Shown one piece after another: positions 12,303 to 25,155 of a DNA stretch of 64,000 nt; within the stretch, counting starts at the first letter, position 1, and the number at the start of each line of letters is the position of its first letter. The position numbers and the translations under genes are program-made. Below the pieces are notes generated by a model. That model did no database searches. It was given only the letters and a program-made list of their open reading frames with translations, and was not told where the DNA came from. Origin of the DNA: Podospora anserina (lineage: Eukaryota); the NCBI GenBank assembly GCA_017654855.1, contig CM030332.1:1178001-1242000 (forward strand). The letters are read 5' to 3'.

Positions 12303-14806
12303 TGTAACATGTACAGATATTAATCACTCGGGCTATCCAACAACACACGCAACAACGGCACTAGGCAAATGCCGATATCTCCCAAATCCAACAACAACAA
12401 AATGACGAGGGAGCGGACACAACAGGCCAGCCGTCGATAAAGAATAGAATGGGATCAACCCAGTGGCGGAATAAAATAAAAATGTTGGTGAAATCGGTTG
12501 GCGCTCCTCCTCGATGATGAAGATGATGATGACAAGGTTGAGGACGACAAAGTCTCGAGGTCGCCACACAACAAATCCGCAACTGCTCTCCTCCGATCGA
12601 TTACCAAGCAACAAACACAAGACGAACCGAAAGAACCGCGAACGTGTAAAGGACTTGTGGGGGGTTGCGTATCAACAACAAACAGGGGCACCGCCGCCAA
12701 GTAATAAAGAATCAAACGTCAAGAAAAAGAAGGGAAAGGGTGGTGTGGGTTAAGGAACGTGGGTTGAAAGGTCCAGACCAGCAACAAGAGGGAAGAAGAG
12801 AGAAAAAGAGAAACGAAAGATCAAAACTGACGGGACGGGACCATTTTGCTGCTGAGCAAAACAAGAGAGAGGGAGAGGGAAAAGAAGCTTTCAGGAGTGA
12901 GAGAGGAATTCAACAAGGTGGCATCGAAACTGTTTCGACTTTGGACAAGGGGCGCGCGCCATTGGAGAGCCAAGCCAAGACTGTACCTTTTTTCCCCTGC
13001 TGACTCCTGTGTCTTGTTTGCGTAGTATTTGCTTACAAAAAAGGAGAATACAAGCCAGGAAGGAGAAGGCCGAGGGGGGAAGTACCAAGAAAACATGCTT
13101 AAACGCCCCGGCAGCATCATCACGTAGATCACGGACTGTGGTCGCCAAAAGGGACCCAAAAGGTGGTCATCGGCAGACGTGTTCTGGACCTGACCCCCCT
13201 GTCGCTCCCGCAGTTGCGGAACCTTGCGGCTCAAGGCTGACCCCCTGGCGGTCCCCACGCCGTGAGGGGGCGTGAGACTGACCCCCGACGGTTCCTGTCG
13301 GAGGTCGGCCCAGATGAAACAGGCCAATGCCTGAGCGGCGCAGGGGAGCCTGGCTGCTTTGATGACAAGCACAAAAACCAGCAAGAGCCCCGTCGTCTTT
13401 TTTTGAGATGGTCTGATGAGAGGGTGATGCGTCGGGGAAGGATTCCTATTTCTTCATTGCTGACGACGACAGCGACAGTGATACCTAGTAGCATGATGTT
13501 TGGCTAAACTCACCTTGCGGGACTTTCGCAGAGAGCGAGGTGAACGAAACAGAACCGAACGATATGAATGTACATGCTCGGTAGTTGAGGTCTGAAGTCG
13601 AACCTATCACAGTCCATTCAAGTCCGGGGAAGTGTGATATTGGATGGTCGAGCGCCTCATGAGACCCGGCCTGCCCCAGGTTTTGTGAGGGCTGGCGCAT
13701 CGAGCCGCATCGGATTGTGTGGCCTGCTTTCTGCGGCCCGGTAAAGACGTGATCAGAAAAATGTCGGATTGCTGACCAATGAAGGATATACACAAAGATG
13801 TGAAGATAAAGAACGAGATGTCAGAAGTTGATTGTCGGCACTTGAAGTTGTCAACATCGTTGGATTAATTGGAAGCGGAGCACGTTACAGAAGAACCCAC
13901 AAAGAACCTCCCGGTGTAAACGAATAGCTGTTCCTGGAAATGCGGGCCAGTTGAGATAAGCCCACTGTGTTCCTATCAAATGATGCTGGACTTGAACGAC
14001 ATACCCAGCCTACTCAGGCATCCCTTTGAGCTACGGCTTAGAAATTTGAGTGCGAAAAGAAGTAGTGAGCTCTTGCTAAGTCAGCGAACCTCTGTAAGTT
14101 GATTTGGTCGGCTCTACCTACTTTCTCTTGGCGTGACTCTCCGTGGCTCAAAGGGATTCAACCAAGGACACACGATCCCAATGTAATTCATGACGAGATG
14201 AATCGTTCCCCTTATCCTTGACCCAATCCCACCATATACCCCGCGATATCTCATCGCTAAGGTGAAAAAAATTCAGATTATCATCTTGCCGACTTCCCCT
14301 CAATCTCCAGCTGGAGAACAGGGCCTTGGCTCTGATCTACTGGCAGATTGCATTAAATGTGGGAGCAAACACCACCAGTAGCCCAATCGGCTCATCTGAA
14401 TAGCTGCTTTTTTATTATCACAAAGCAGGAGGGGTAAAAGGCAACTTGCCAAAAGAAGACATTCCCACATCAGAATGATGTAATTAAAGAGCTCTCAGTA
14501 CCCTTATGTGCTTTGCTGCTTGGCACCAACAACACCTGACAACGCACCTCAACAGCACAATCCACAATAGCATCAATCAATATAAACAGAGATACCAATG
14601 CCAGTGTACACAACTACTCTGATTAAAGTACCCCGACAATGCCGTAAAAGAAGAAGCCACCAGAAACGCCTTTCCAAATGTTATTCTCATCACCCCATCC
14701 CCCCAAAACCCAAACCACAGTCTAGTCCATCAATGTCATATCCTGTCTCTCAAAAGAGCGTGTCATAACAAACAAAACCACAAACGAAGATCCCCCCCTA
14801 CCCAAC

Positions 14807-17800
14807 TCAACGCCATGATTTAGCCAATGGGCTTCCAATCTTTGGCGCAAACTGCAAGCTCTTCCTGCGAGCAGCCATCAATCTCATCAAGACTCTCTCA
14901 TCCTTTTCCTTGTTAAGCACCCGCTCCCCGAGCTCGATAAATGTTGCCCTTTTGGGTGGACAGGTGCGCGTGAGCATCTCTTGGCTTTTGCGTTCCTCGT
15001 CTTCATCATCGTCACCAGCAACAGATGACATGTCTGAGCCAGGGCTGATGTTGGCCACATAGCGAGCAATGGCTTCAGGGGCAGGGGTCTTGGGCACTGG
15101 AGTCAACACCACGCCCCAGGTGTCATCATCGTCTTCCTTATGCTCCCTGTCGTCCTCCGAGTCGATATCATCAACTGAAATGCGGGGCTCCTCGGGGGTG
15201 CGCACCCAAAGGGAGCTGGCACGGCGACTGCTGCTCCGGTTGCTGGCCGGGGTCGTGGGAGCAGTTTGGTTGCCGGTGCGAGTAGTCGAGGAGTTGGTCG
15301 GCGTAGAGTTGCTAGAGGTACTACCTTTCACGGGCGCGGGAATGAGCGTGCCGTTCATGTTGGACATGGCGCGCGGCTCCATGCTCTTCCTTCGACGGGC
15401 ACCACCACGGGGAATAATCTGGGTGTCAATGGCGTAGGGGCCCTCCTCGAGCCATTCGTTCTCACGTTCGCAGCTATTGAGCTTGGTTAGTCTTGGCTCA
15501 GAAGGTGAAATATGACAGGTAACAACTCACTCCAACACCCAGCTCACTCCAACACACTGCACCACGCCTTCACTTTGGCGAACCTTTTCCAGAGTACGCT
15601 TGCCACCATCCTTGTACACCACATGAGTGATTCCAATCTTGGAATCCGTGTTGGTGGGATTCCACTTCCACTCCTTGAGGCATCGAGCACCCATTTGCGT
15701 GAGCAGCTCAACAAAAATGCCGCTCGCGTCAGCACCCTCAGTTGTGTGAACATCAACAAAGACGACTGCCCCACGGAGCAGTGCTGGGTTCAGATCCCGT
15801 CTCGGGGTGCGAGCAGGGGTCCCCAGGGTCGACCAGATATCACCCTTCGCCGGAGTGACGGGTGGGACAGACTTGGCCTGTGCCTCTTCTTCATCCTCCA
15901 TTTCTTCAACAGACTCAGTCTTGGTGGGCGTATACGAGATAACTGTTGCGCTCCGAGTTACGCGATCTGTGGGTCTTGAAACGGGGAGACGCGAGGCGCT
16001 GCCGGCACGCTGAATTGGCTTAGGGCGAGGGGTAGAGTCGTCGGCCGGCTTGAGAGGCACCTTTGCAACGGTGTGAACTTCTCGTGGGCGCAGGGTACGA
16101 GCTGGAGTAACCGGAGGGACAGGACTGGCTGTAGTGGTGGCTCTAGAAGAGATGTTGGGATCCACTGGCAGTTCATTCTCATCTCCGTATTCCTGGCTTG
16201 CCTCAGAGATGGTGTCGTCATGACTCGAATTGCTCATGTTGGCCTCAGCCTGTTCGGGCTCCATGAGGGACATCTCATTTGCTTCAGCTGCGAGGGCGGC
16301 GTCCTCTTCTGTGGGGGTGATGTCTTCGAGGATAGGAGTCTCAATCTCAGCGCTGGAATCAACCGCCTCCTCGTCAACATCCATGGCATCGGACCGATTG
16401 AGCATCTCATTCTCAAAGAAACCATTCTCGGGCTCCAGACCGGGAGTCGCGAGATCCTCATTTGTAGACGTGTTTTCCTCCTCATCTGTTTCGTGTGATA
16501 CTGATAATGGGGAGTCGGCTTTGCTGTTTGTCTTCACAGGGCTAGGTCCCGCAGTCCAGCCATTGAGCTGAGAAGCCAAGGGAGTGAATCCAACGCTGTC
16601 ATCGATACGGACCCTCTTGGCGGTGCTCCTACCAGACGACATCCTAGGCTGACTGGTCTGAGCACGAGGAGTCCTCAACGAGGAACGACGGCATGGAGTG
16701 TTGGGCAGCGCGGTGAAGGCAGACGAGAATGGGTTTTGTCGGGTAGGAGCCTCATCCTCAGAGTCTGTGTCCTCGCTCTGGTACGGGTCCAGGTCCTTCG
16801 TGCGGAGGCCAAATTGAAATAGGGCAGGCGCAACCTTGGGAGCAGGCCTAGCCTGCTCCTCAGGTTCCTCAGCATCGGCGCTGTCAACTGCCATTTCCTC
16901 ACACTGTTCCTCAACTTGCTCATTTTCCTGCAGGAAAGTCTCGGCTGAGTCTTCCTCCGCCGCGGCTTTGTCATTCTCTTGTTCGATGAGTTCCACTTCC
17001 TCCTCCTCCTCTCCCTCCTCCTCCTGCTCCTGTTCCTCCTGCTCCACCTGCTCCACCTGCTCCTCAATCTCGTCATCGACCTTGTTCTCGTTGTTCTCAA
17101 CGACATCGTCGATGTGTACTTCCTCCTGCTCCTGCTTCTCTTCCTCTTCTTCCTCGGACAAGCTCGTCTCAAGAGCCAGAACCGGGTCTGCATGTCGGGG
17201 CAGAATAGTCGAGAGACGTCCGGGAAACTCGGGGACTTCTGGTGACACGACTGCGACATCATCTTCTTCCTCTTCGTCTGTGTTGCCCATGATCATGTCA
17301 CCATCTTCATCCGAAAGAGTCCTGGCCTCCTGCTCAGCAGGGACCGGCACAGCTGGCATGGGGCTGGCAAGCAACGTGGGCTTCGGCGCAGGGCTCTTGC
17401 ATTCTTCCTCCTCTTCCTCAATCCTGGGCGGGAAGCTCTTGATCGGTGAGACAACCGAGCGTTTAGCTGGGGATGAGAGCAGAGAAAACTTGAAGGGCGA
17501 AGGGTTCACCTGGCTGCCACCGACACTCCCCAAGGCAATGGGAATGGCAAGGGGCTGTCGCTTGGCGGGTGTTTGCAAAAGGCTACACTTGATGGGGGAT
17601 ACCTGACCTTCAGGCTGGGCTTGAGAGGTAGAGGCTGCAAAAAGACCATCAACGCGTCGCGGAGGGGATTTCATACTTCCTTTCCAGGGTGATGGAGGTA
17701 GCCGTTTTGCGGGGGTTCCGAGCATGAGTGTGAGTGTGGCATCCGAGGTAGGCATGACCGGCACGTTTTCGTCGTTCTCCGTGGGGTGTCTCCGGTCCAC

Positions 17801-18691
17801 GGAGGAGGCGAGAGCCTTGGTGGCGCCCATGGCGGGCTTTACGGGTGCCTTTTTGAATCGTCGAACGGGGACCTTCTCGTCCATACCAAGTTCGTCGTCG
17901 GATTCCGCGGCCCGGCTCACGGCGAGCTGGTTGATCTTCTTAGGACTCAATGGAAGTGGCTTATCCTTCGTGGAACTCACTGTATTGGAAACGGCATTTG
18001 TCGCTCCTTTGGTAGCACGGGCGGTTCGGCCGGTGGCAGTAGCTCCCTTGCGAACAGGTTTCTTGTTCAAGGCTCCAGTTGTGCTAGCAGCTTGTGTCGA
18101 GCTCCTCGAGGGCGGCGCAACATTCTCCTTCTCAGGTACCTCGAACTTGACGGTCTTCTTGATCACTGGTTTAGCGAGGGACTTGGCAGCCGTGCTCGCG
18201 GTAGCAGCTGTGGCAGGGCGGCGGGTCGTTGGCTTCTTTGCGGCAGCGGGTTCGGGCTCTGTGGCAGTCTTCCTGGGCTGGGCTGTCCTGGCAGCGGTTT
18301 CGGATGCGATAGTCTCGACAGTCTTCCTTGGCCTTCCCCTAGCCCTTGTTGATGTAGATAGTACTGGCGCTGATGGGGCCTCTGTTGCCTTCTTGGGCCT
18401 GCCACGTCCTCGGGTAGGCTTCACAGCGAGACTTGAAGATGGCTTAGTGGGTTTCTGCTCTTCATGATCTGACTCCTCCTCCTCCTCGTCATCAAACGGG
18501 CTCTTCCGCTTGAGAGATCCTCGCGACGTGGTGGTGTTGAGCGTCGAGGCCGAGGAGGTCGTCAGTGTACCACGGGCCGTCTTCGCCCTGGCCGCAGCAG
18601 TCATAATCTTTGTCGTCTTCGAGGCCGACTCAACAGCCTTGGCTGCGGCACGCGCCCGAGTGACCCGTTTTGGTGGTGATTGGGGGTCCAT
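14807..18691 (-). CDS. Large low-complexity protein with C-terminal BRCT domain (microcephalin-like BRCT); intron ~15474-15530
   Basis: LRGAVVFVDVHTTEGADASGIFVELLTQMGA..ITHVVYKDGG..CVGVSWVL, spliced to CERENEWLEE..RRRKSMEP. Many S/T-P sites. Confidence 0.85.
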
Positions 18692-19610
18692 GTTTCGTTG
18701 GGTTTTTTGGTCGTGTTTTGCTTTTTAGGGGTATTTGAAGGGAAAAAGAAAACACGAGGTGACGAGATGAAAGGACAGCGCGGAAAAGGCCAGAACTAAC
18801 AGCAATTCCTCATAATAACGCTGACTTGCTGTGGTGGGCGATTGACGTGTGGGCGATGACGCTGCTGTTTACAGTGAAACAGCAACGATGGCCAGTGACC
18901 GCTCCTTCTTGTTGAAAGACTTGAATTGTGGGACGCTGTTGCCGCTTGTTGATTTGCGCGACTGCTGTTGCCTAGGAGACGGTGGGGCTACTTGGCGGTG
19001 GATCCCTCCCACTCGGCAGTTTCTCTCCAAAGCGGAGAAGGGTTAGGGTTGCATTCATTTCCTGCTCTTCAGGCACCAGGACGTTACCTGCTGCTTTTCA
19101 ACCGTTGCATGAATGATTACAAGGTCATCCATTGCAGAGTCTGATACAAGCTTCACACTCGGAAGCAGTGCTTCCATCAGTTGTTGTGGGCAATGAATGT
19201 TGTCAGGCGAGTGTCGGTGTGTGAAGTAAGCTGGAGCAGCCATCAGTCATGGTGCCGTAGATGCCACTGGAGTATCGCATGAATTGACATATTCCATAGC
19301 TCATCCATGGCTCATCCGAAAAAAAAGAGCATCTCATATGATTCTTAAGGCAAAATAGTTGATTTTGCGAAGAAAAATGAATTGTTGATTAGGGATGAGA
19401 TCTGGCAGGAGATTCTCAGTGCTCTCTTTGGTCAGCCCCACTGCCAAACGTCAGAGTTCAAGCTTCAGGCTTTGTGAATGAGAATTTACATTGCATGTAA
19501 CGACAACCTTCAACCATTAGACCTTGGAATCCTACCCGGCATTCTGACGACAATCAAACACCCACTAAATTTCCGAGAGTTACTAGTTTCATTTGCCCGA
19601 AAACAAAGCG

Positions 19611-21263
19611 ATGTCCATCGATCTCAATTGGGAAACGGTCACGGGCGGCCCTGATGGACAAGAGCTTGCCGACAGCATCCGCGATTTCATCCACACCAAG
19701 TTCCAATCAGTACCATTACCGCGTTTCATCAAATCAGTCACCGTGCATGACTTTCAGTTTGGGACGATACCGCCAGAGATTGAGTTGAAGGATATCACCG
19801 ACCCGTTACCAGACTTTTACGAGGAAAATCTTGATTCGGACTTGGCATCAGAGTCTGGCAGCGAGGAGGATGAGGAGGAAATTGCAGATGACCGAAGACG
19901 GCGACAGACTGAAGCGGTGTTAACTGGCGGTGCTGGGGCTCATAATCCCTCAGCTCTCCCACCACATCTCAGTCTTGGTGGTCTCGGAGGTTTGGGTGGT
20001 CTTGGTGCCGGTGGTTCACGCAATGGAGGAGACATAGGGAGCCCCTTTTTACGAGTCAACACGCCCGGTATTCCAGGAGGCACCTCCAACCTCCACTACT
20101 TTCACTCCCAATTCGCCACGGGATTATCAGGCACCCAAACACCACTCGCCGCCGTAGCAGGAGCTCACCACCTCAACAGCGCCGCCTGGCTAGAAGGCCA
20201 CGGCCACAGCTCCTCAGCACCAAACCTCCACCAATACGGCGCCCCAGACTTTGGCGGTGTCGACGGGCAATCAACCGCCCCAGTACCCAACCAAGACCTC
20301 CGTCGTCCCCTCCTCCAACAGCCCCCTTCCACCCACCGTCGCAACCCCTCCCAAAGCTCCATCGATCTCAACCCCTCCCTCGGCCTCACCCCCCCATCCC
20401 CTACCGTCCTCTCCGTCCCCCCCTTCCCCCCTTCCTCAACCGGCGGCCCATCCCCTCCTCCCGGCCTAGCCAAACCCCATCACCCCCATCACCCCCATCA
20501 CCACCACGCCCACCACGCTCACCCCCTCCTCCGAGAAAAGCACTCCGTCTCCACCCTCGCCGCCTCCGCCGGCCCCCCCTCCCGCCCCCCAACCCGCGAC
20601 AAAACCACCCCCTCTCACCACCCGGACCCAGAAGACGTCCACGCACCCAACACCACCACAACCAACAAACAGCGCAGCACCAGCCCAGCCACCTCCTCCC
20701 CTTTGGCAACCTCAGCCCAGGAACAAGCCGAGGAAGAAGAGGAGGAAGAGAAGCGCAAGCTGAGAGAAAAAAAGGTAGACGACATGCAAGCCGTTTTCCG
20801 GATACGTTACGCGGGGGATATCAAATTGTTGCTCACGGCGGACATCCTGCTCGACTACCCCATGCCTAGCTTTGTCGGGATTCCCGTCAGGTTGTCCATC
20901 ACCGGGCTAACGTTTGATGGGGTGGGGGTGCTGGCCAAGATTAGGAAGAGGGTTCACTTTTGTTTCCTCAGTCCGGAGGACGCGGTCGCTGCTGTTGGGC
21001 AGGGGGAGAATGAAGTTGATGGTGGGGAGGGGGATAAACAAACTGGTTTCAAGTCACCGCCAGGTGGTGGGAATGGGCTGGGGGCGACAAAGCTGGGCGG
21101 GTTGCTGCAGGAGATTAGAGTCGAGAGTGAGATCGGTCAGCGGGAGAGCGGGAAGCAGAGTTTGAAGAATGTAGGCAAGGTGGAGAGGTTTGTGCTGGAG
21201 CAGGTGAGGAGGATATTTGAGGAGGAGTTTGTGTATCCTAGTTATTGGACGTTTTTGGTATGA
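19611..21263 (+). CDS. MDM12: ERMES complex SMP-domain subunit Mdm12
   Basis: Starts MSIDLNW. Contains [24 protein letters not shown] and the C-terminal [24 protein letters not shown]. Confidence 0.95.
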   Translation: MSIDLNWETVTGGPDGQELADSIRDFIHTKFQSVPLPRFIKSVTVHDFQFGTIPPEIELKDITDPLPDFYEENLDSDLASESGSEEDEEEIADDRRRRQTEAVLTGGAGAHNPSALPPHLSLGGLGGLGGLGAGGSRNGGDIGSPFLRVNTPGIPGGTSNLHYFHSQFATGLSGTQTPLAAVAGAHHLNSAAWLEGHGHSSSAPNLHQYGAPDFGGVDGQSTAPVPNQDLRRPLLQQPPSTHRRNPSQSSIDLNPSLGLTPPSPTVLSVPPFPPSSTGGPSPPPGLAKPHHPHHPHHHHAHHAHPLLREKHSVSTLAASAGPPSRPPTRDKTTPSHHPDPEDVHAPNTTTTNKQRSTSPATSSPLATSAQEQAEEEEEEEKRKLREKKVDDMQAVFRIRYAGDIKLLLTADILLDYPMPSFVGIPVRLSITGLTFDGVGVLAKIRKRVHFCFLSPEDAVAAVGQGENEVDGGEGDKQTGFKSPPGGGNGLGATKLGGLLQEIRVESEIGQRESGKQSLKNVGKVERFVLEQVRRIFEEEFVYPSYWTFLV

Positions 21264-21342
21264 TTAATAGGCCTGTCAATGATCAAGATGATTGGAGGTC
21301 ACCGAAGCATCGTGGACCTGGATTGATGGAATCTTTCATTCG

Positions 21343-22211
21343 TTAGAGGGTAGCCTTGAAACCCTGATACGCAGAGTTGATGTCCAGCTCCAACTCCCTC
21401 GCCTGGTCCTCGCTCAGCTCTTCCGTAGCCTTCATCTGGTTGAGCGTAATCAGCCACTGGACAATCTTGCCCCTGTTTTCAAAGTCCCTATCCGTCACCT
21501 TGTTCGCAGACTGAATCACATCCGTCAGCAGAGGATGCAACTGGTCCTTTGCCAGCAAGCCCAGCTTCAACGCATCCAAAAATGTGATGAAGTCCTGCGT
21601 CGCCTCCAGAATGAGCTGTCCACTAGGGTTTTTACCACCCGAGTTTTCAGACTTGGAACCATTTCCTCCACCACCGCTGCCGCCTCCGTGGTGTCCAGCA
21701 GATGCGTCCACTGTTGTGGAGGGCATCCCCACGCGAATGCGCTCTGTGGCGCGGGGCACTTCAAGGTCCCATTCTGCTTTGAATTCCTCCAGTCCGACAA
21801 AGGCGCGGGCGACTGCTTCATCGGCGACCAGGGACTTGTATTGTTTGAGAGAGCGCTCGCATATTTCGGTGTAGTCTGCTTCGGGGATGGCGTCCTTGAG
21901 GAAGGCCCTTTCGAGCTCGTCGAGGGTGACTATGATGCTGAAGATTTCGGCGAGGGAGTCTTGAAGGTCGCGCTCAGCGCGGGTGTCGGCTAGTTTCACT
22001 TCCTGGCATCGGAAGCAAAAGTCAGCAGTTGTCGTGTTGATGGTGATGGTGCTCAACAGCAACATGTTGGCAACAGGTGCGGGGCAGATTGGACATCAAG
22101 GTGATTGCAAGGCACAACAGGACGAACCTCATCGAGATTTATAGTCGCCGAGAGCGTAGAGTTTGGCACGTAGCTGTGCGGTGTCGGCGCATATGGTTGC
22201 CTGTTTAGCAT
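21343..22211 (-). CDS. VPS28: ESCRT-I subunit Vps28 (intron ~22003-22127)
   Basis: MLNRQPYAPTP..INLDE|EVKL..AERDL.DSLAEIFSII; C-terminal domain ATQDFITFLDALKL..DQLHPLL. Confidence 0.95.
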
Positions 22212-22547
22212 GGTGAAGGCCTCGCGCTGCAGTTGCGCAAGCGCATCGCGGCACACAAGTACAGCTTGGAGGGGGGATGGATGATGCAACCAGAGCTGAC
22301 GACGTTGGGGGAAGCTGTTATCGTCCGATAAGGGGCAACAAAGGTGGCAGAATCCCAGTCACCGCTCCCGCGCTAGTGACATTCCAAGCTTAGCGCCCCG
22401 CCTGATAAGAAATCCGATAAGCACCCCGGACAGGAACATCAAAAAAAGTTTGGAGACATGCGACTTCTGAGCCAGCAAATTGTTGAAGGGGCTGTTCGGC
22501 AAAGCCACACCAATTGCCGACTTTTTCCATCACCATAACTCGCCACG

Positions 22548-24830
22548 ATGGGTGCCTCTAAGAAGAACGCAAAGGCGACGAAGAAGTTCGAACAAAAACA
22601 TCTCAGCGGTGTTCTCGAAAGAAGAAAAGCGGTCGCCAAGATCAAACAGAAGCAGCAGATCAAGGAGAAGAAGCAGGCCAAGCGCGCAAAGGACGATGAG
22701 TTCTTCAAGGGAGCCGATGGCACCGTCAAGAGACCAACGAACAAGAAGCCCGGTACGCAGGGAACCGAGATGAGCGTCGACGATTTCTTCAAGGGCGGTT
22801 TCGAGATCCTCGACAAGGGTGCACCAACGGAGAATGGCAAGACAGCCGCTCTTGGAAAGCGGAAGCGCGGGGAGGCCAATGCCCGCGAGGAGACTTCTGA
22901 TCAGAGCGACGGCAGCGATGTCGATGTTTCCGACAACGAGGAGGATGTGGTTACCGATAGCGAGGCTGGCTTCAGCGATGAGGAGGATGAGGAGGATCTT
23001 GGCATGTCCAAGAACGCCATGGCCGCTCTCGCCGAGAAGGATCCCGAATTCTACAAGTTCTTGAAGGAGAACGACCCAGAGGCTCTCGACTTTGACGAAA
23101 ACGCATCACTCGACGAGGTCGACGAGCTTAGCGGCAGCGACGAGGAAGACGAGCAACCGAAGAAGAAGCAAAAGAAGGGCAAGAAGGCACAAGAAGAAGA
23201 GGAGGTTGACGATTCCGCCCATGAGTTGACCAAGGCCATGGTTGCCAAGTGGGAGAAGGCGCTCAACGAGACCAAGTCGCTCAAGGCTGCTAAGCAGACA
23301 GTGATTGCCTTTCGCTGCGCTGCCCACCTGAACGAGGAGGATGAGGAGAACCCACAACGCTACAGCATCAAAAACCCCGAGGTCTTTCACAACATCTTGA
23401 TGGTGGCCCTCAAGCTCATTCCTGAAGTCTTGAACCACCATCTCCCTGTCAAGGAGTCCGCCGCCGGCAGAGCCTACGTCCAGACCGAGACCAAGAAGTT
23501 CAAGACGCTGTCCAACCTCATCAAGAGCTTTGCTGCTTCCATTATCCGCCTCCTTGGCACACTCTCAGACGACGCTACCGTCAAGCTCACACTCAACGCC
23601 CTTCAGCCACTCCTTCCTTATCTCTTGTCCTTCAGAAAGCTCCTCAAGGTGCTCATCAAGACTATTGTCGCTTTCTGGTCTCAACCCGCCAGCTCCGACA
23701 GCACCAGGATAACAGCCTTTCTAGTGATCCGCCGTCTCACGGTGGTTTCCGACAAGGGTGTCAGAGAAGCCGTTCTCAAGGCAGCTTACCGCGGGTTGTT
23801 CGACAACAGCAAGCACACCAACCACAACACAATCCAGGGCATCAACCTGATGAAGAACTCGGCCGCCGAGCTCTGGGGTCTGGATCAGTCTCTTGGCTAC
23901 ACCACCGCCTTCACCTCGATCCGCCAGCTCGCCATCCACCTCCGCAACAGCATCATCAACAACAAGCAAGTCCACAACGTCTACAACTGGCAATTCGTCC
24001 ACGCTCTGGATTTCTGGTCTTGCGTTCTTTCCGAGCACTGCAGCCCCCTGAAGGAGGCCGAAGCCGGAAAGGAATCCCAGCTCAAGCTCCTCATCTACCC
24101 CCTGGTGCAGGTTACTCTGGGTGTGCTGCGCCTCATCCCAACAGCGATCTACTTTCCCCTGCGATTCCAGCTCATTCGCTCGCTTCTTCGCCTGTCGAGA
24201 GCGACGGACACTTATATCCCCCTCGCCTCTTGCCTCTTGGAGGTCCTCTCGTCGGCAGAGATGAAAAAGGCGCCCAAGCAGTCCACCCTCAAGCCTTTGG
24301 ATTTTGCTGTCGCGTACAAGGCCCCCAAGTCGTACCTCCGCACGAGGGTCTATCAGGACGGCGTGGGGGAGCAAGTGGTGGAGCTGTTTTCGGAGTTTTT
24401 TGTCCTCTGGGCCAAGAGCATCGCGTTTCCGGAGTTTTCGCTGCCGGTGGTGATCTCGCTCAAGAGGTGGTTGAAGGAGGCGAGGAAGAGGTCGACCGGG
24501 AATAAGAATGGGAAGCTGGGCGGGAGCTTGGTGTTGCTTGTGCAGAAGCTGGAGGCCAACGCCAAGTTTATTGAGGAGAGGAGGGCCAAGGTGGAGTTTG
24601 CGCCCAAGGATAGGGCGCAGGTGGAGGGGTTTTTGAAGGATTTGGAGGTGGAGAGGACGCCGGTGGGGGCGTTTGTTGTTGGTCAGAGGAAGCTGAGGGA
24701 GGAGAGGAGGAGGGTTGTGGAGGAGGCTAGGAAGGCGGAGGAGGGGAAGAGGAGGGAGGAGGAGAGGGAGGCGCTGGAGGGGAGCGATGATGAGGGGGGG
24801 GTGGGAGGAGGAGGAGGAGGAGGAGTATGA
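22548..24830 (+). CDS. NOC2: Nucleolar complex protein 2 (60S biogenesis); the true C-terminus may extend to 24912 in another frame
   Basis: KATKKFEQKHL start, KDPEFYKFLKENDPE.L.F, MKNSAAEL and VYNWQFVHALDFW motifs. Confidence 0.95.
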   Translation: MGASKKNAKATKKFEQKHLSGVLERRKAVAKIKQKQQIKEKKQAKRAKDDEFFKGADGTVKRPTNKKPGTQGTEMSVDDFFKGGFEILDKGAPTENGKTAALGKRKRGEANAREETSDQSDGSDVDVSDNEEDVVTDSEAGFSDEEDEEDLGMSKNAMAALAEKDPEFYKFLKENDPEALDFDENASLDEVDELSGSDEEDEQPKKKQKKGKKAQEEEEVDDSAHELTKAMVAKWEKALNETKSLKAAKQTVIAFRCAAHLNEEDEENPQRYSIKNPEVFHNILMVALKLIPEVLNHHLPVKESAAGRAYVQTETKKFKTLSNLIKSFAASIIRLLGTLSDDATVKLTLNALQPLLPYLLSFRKLLKVLIKTIVAFWSQPASSDSTRITAFLVIRRLTVVSDKGVREAVLKAAYRGLFDNSKHTNHNTIQGINLMKNSAAELWGLDQSLGYTTAFTSIRQLAIHLRNSIINNKQVHNVYNWQFVHALDFWSCVLSEHCSPLKEAEAGKESQLKLLIYPLVQVTLGVLRLIPTAIYFPLRFQLIRSLLRLSRATDTYIPLASCLLEVLSSAEMKKAPKQSTLKPLDFAVAYKAPKSYLRTRVYQDGVGEQVVELFSEFFVLWAKSIAFPEFSLPVVISLKRWLKEARKRSTGNKNGKLGGSLVLLVQKLEANAKFIEERRAKVEFAPKDRAQVEGFLKDLEVERTPVGAFVVGQRKLREERRRVVEEARKAEEGKRREEEREALEGSDDEGGVGGGGGGGV

Positions 24831-25155
24831 GATGGATGTTGATGAGGAGGAATTGGAGGCGGATGAGGAGGAGGAAGAGGGCGAGGACGAGGAGGAGATG
24901 GAGAGCGAGTAGATGGTTTGGGGACTGGGATTTTTGGTATGAATCTGGTGGGGATACCTGATTTCTGTTGTTTCTAGTGTCATTTGCCTCGGCGTACAAA
25001 ACCTTGCTTTTCATAGGCAAAACACCCTGGTAATAATCAAAAGGCCGGGAGTATCCTTTATTGTTACTTATACTTTCACTAATGCTGTCTTTTGTGCCAT
25101 GTTCCTAACCCATACTTATTTAACCCATTTGTGCGAGACTACGCCTTTTGAGAAC

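Noticed and set aside
23721-24983. 420-aa minus-strand ORF and similar long antisense ORFs (e.g. 6530-7171, 16836-17606, 17724-18467, 21292-21993)
   Set aside because: Shadows of real genes on the opposite strand, caused by codon bias and low complexity; no recognisable domains.
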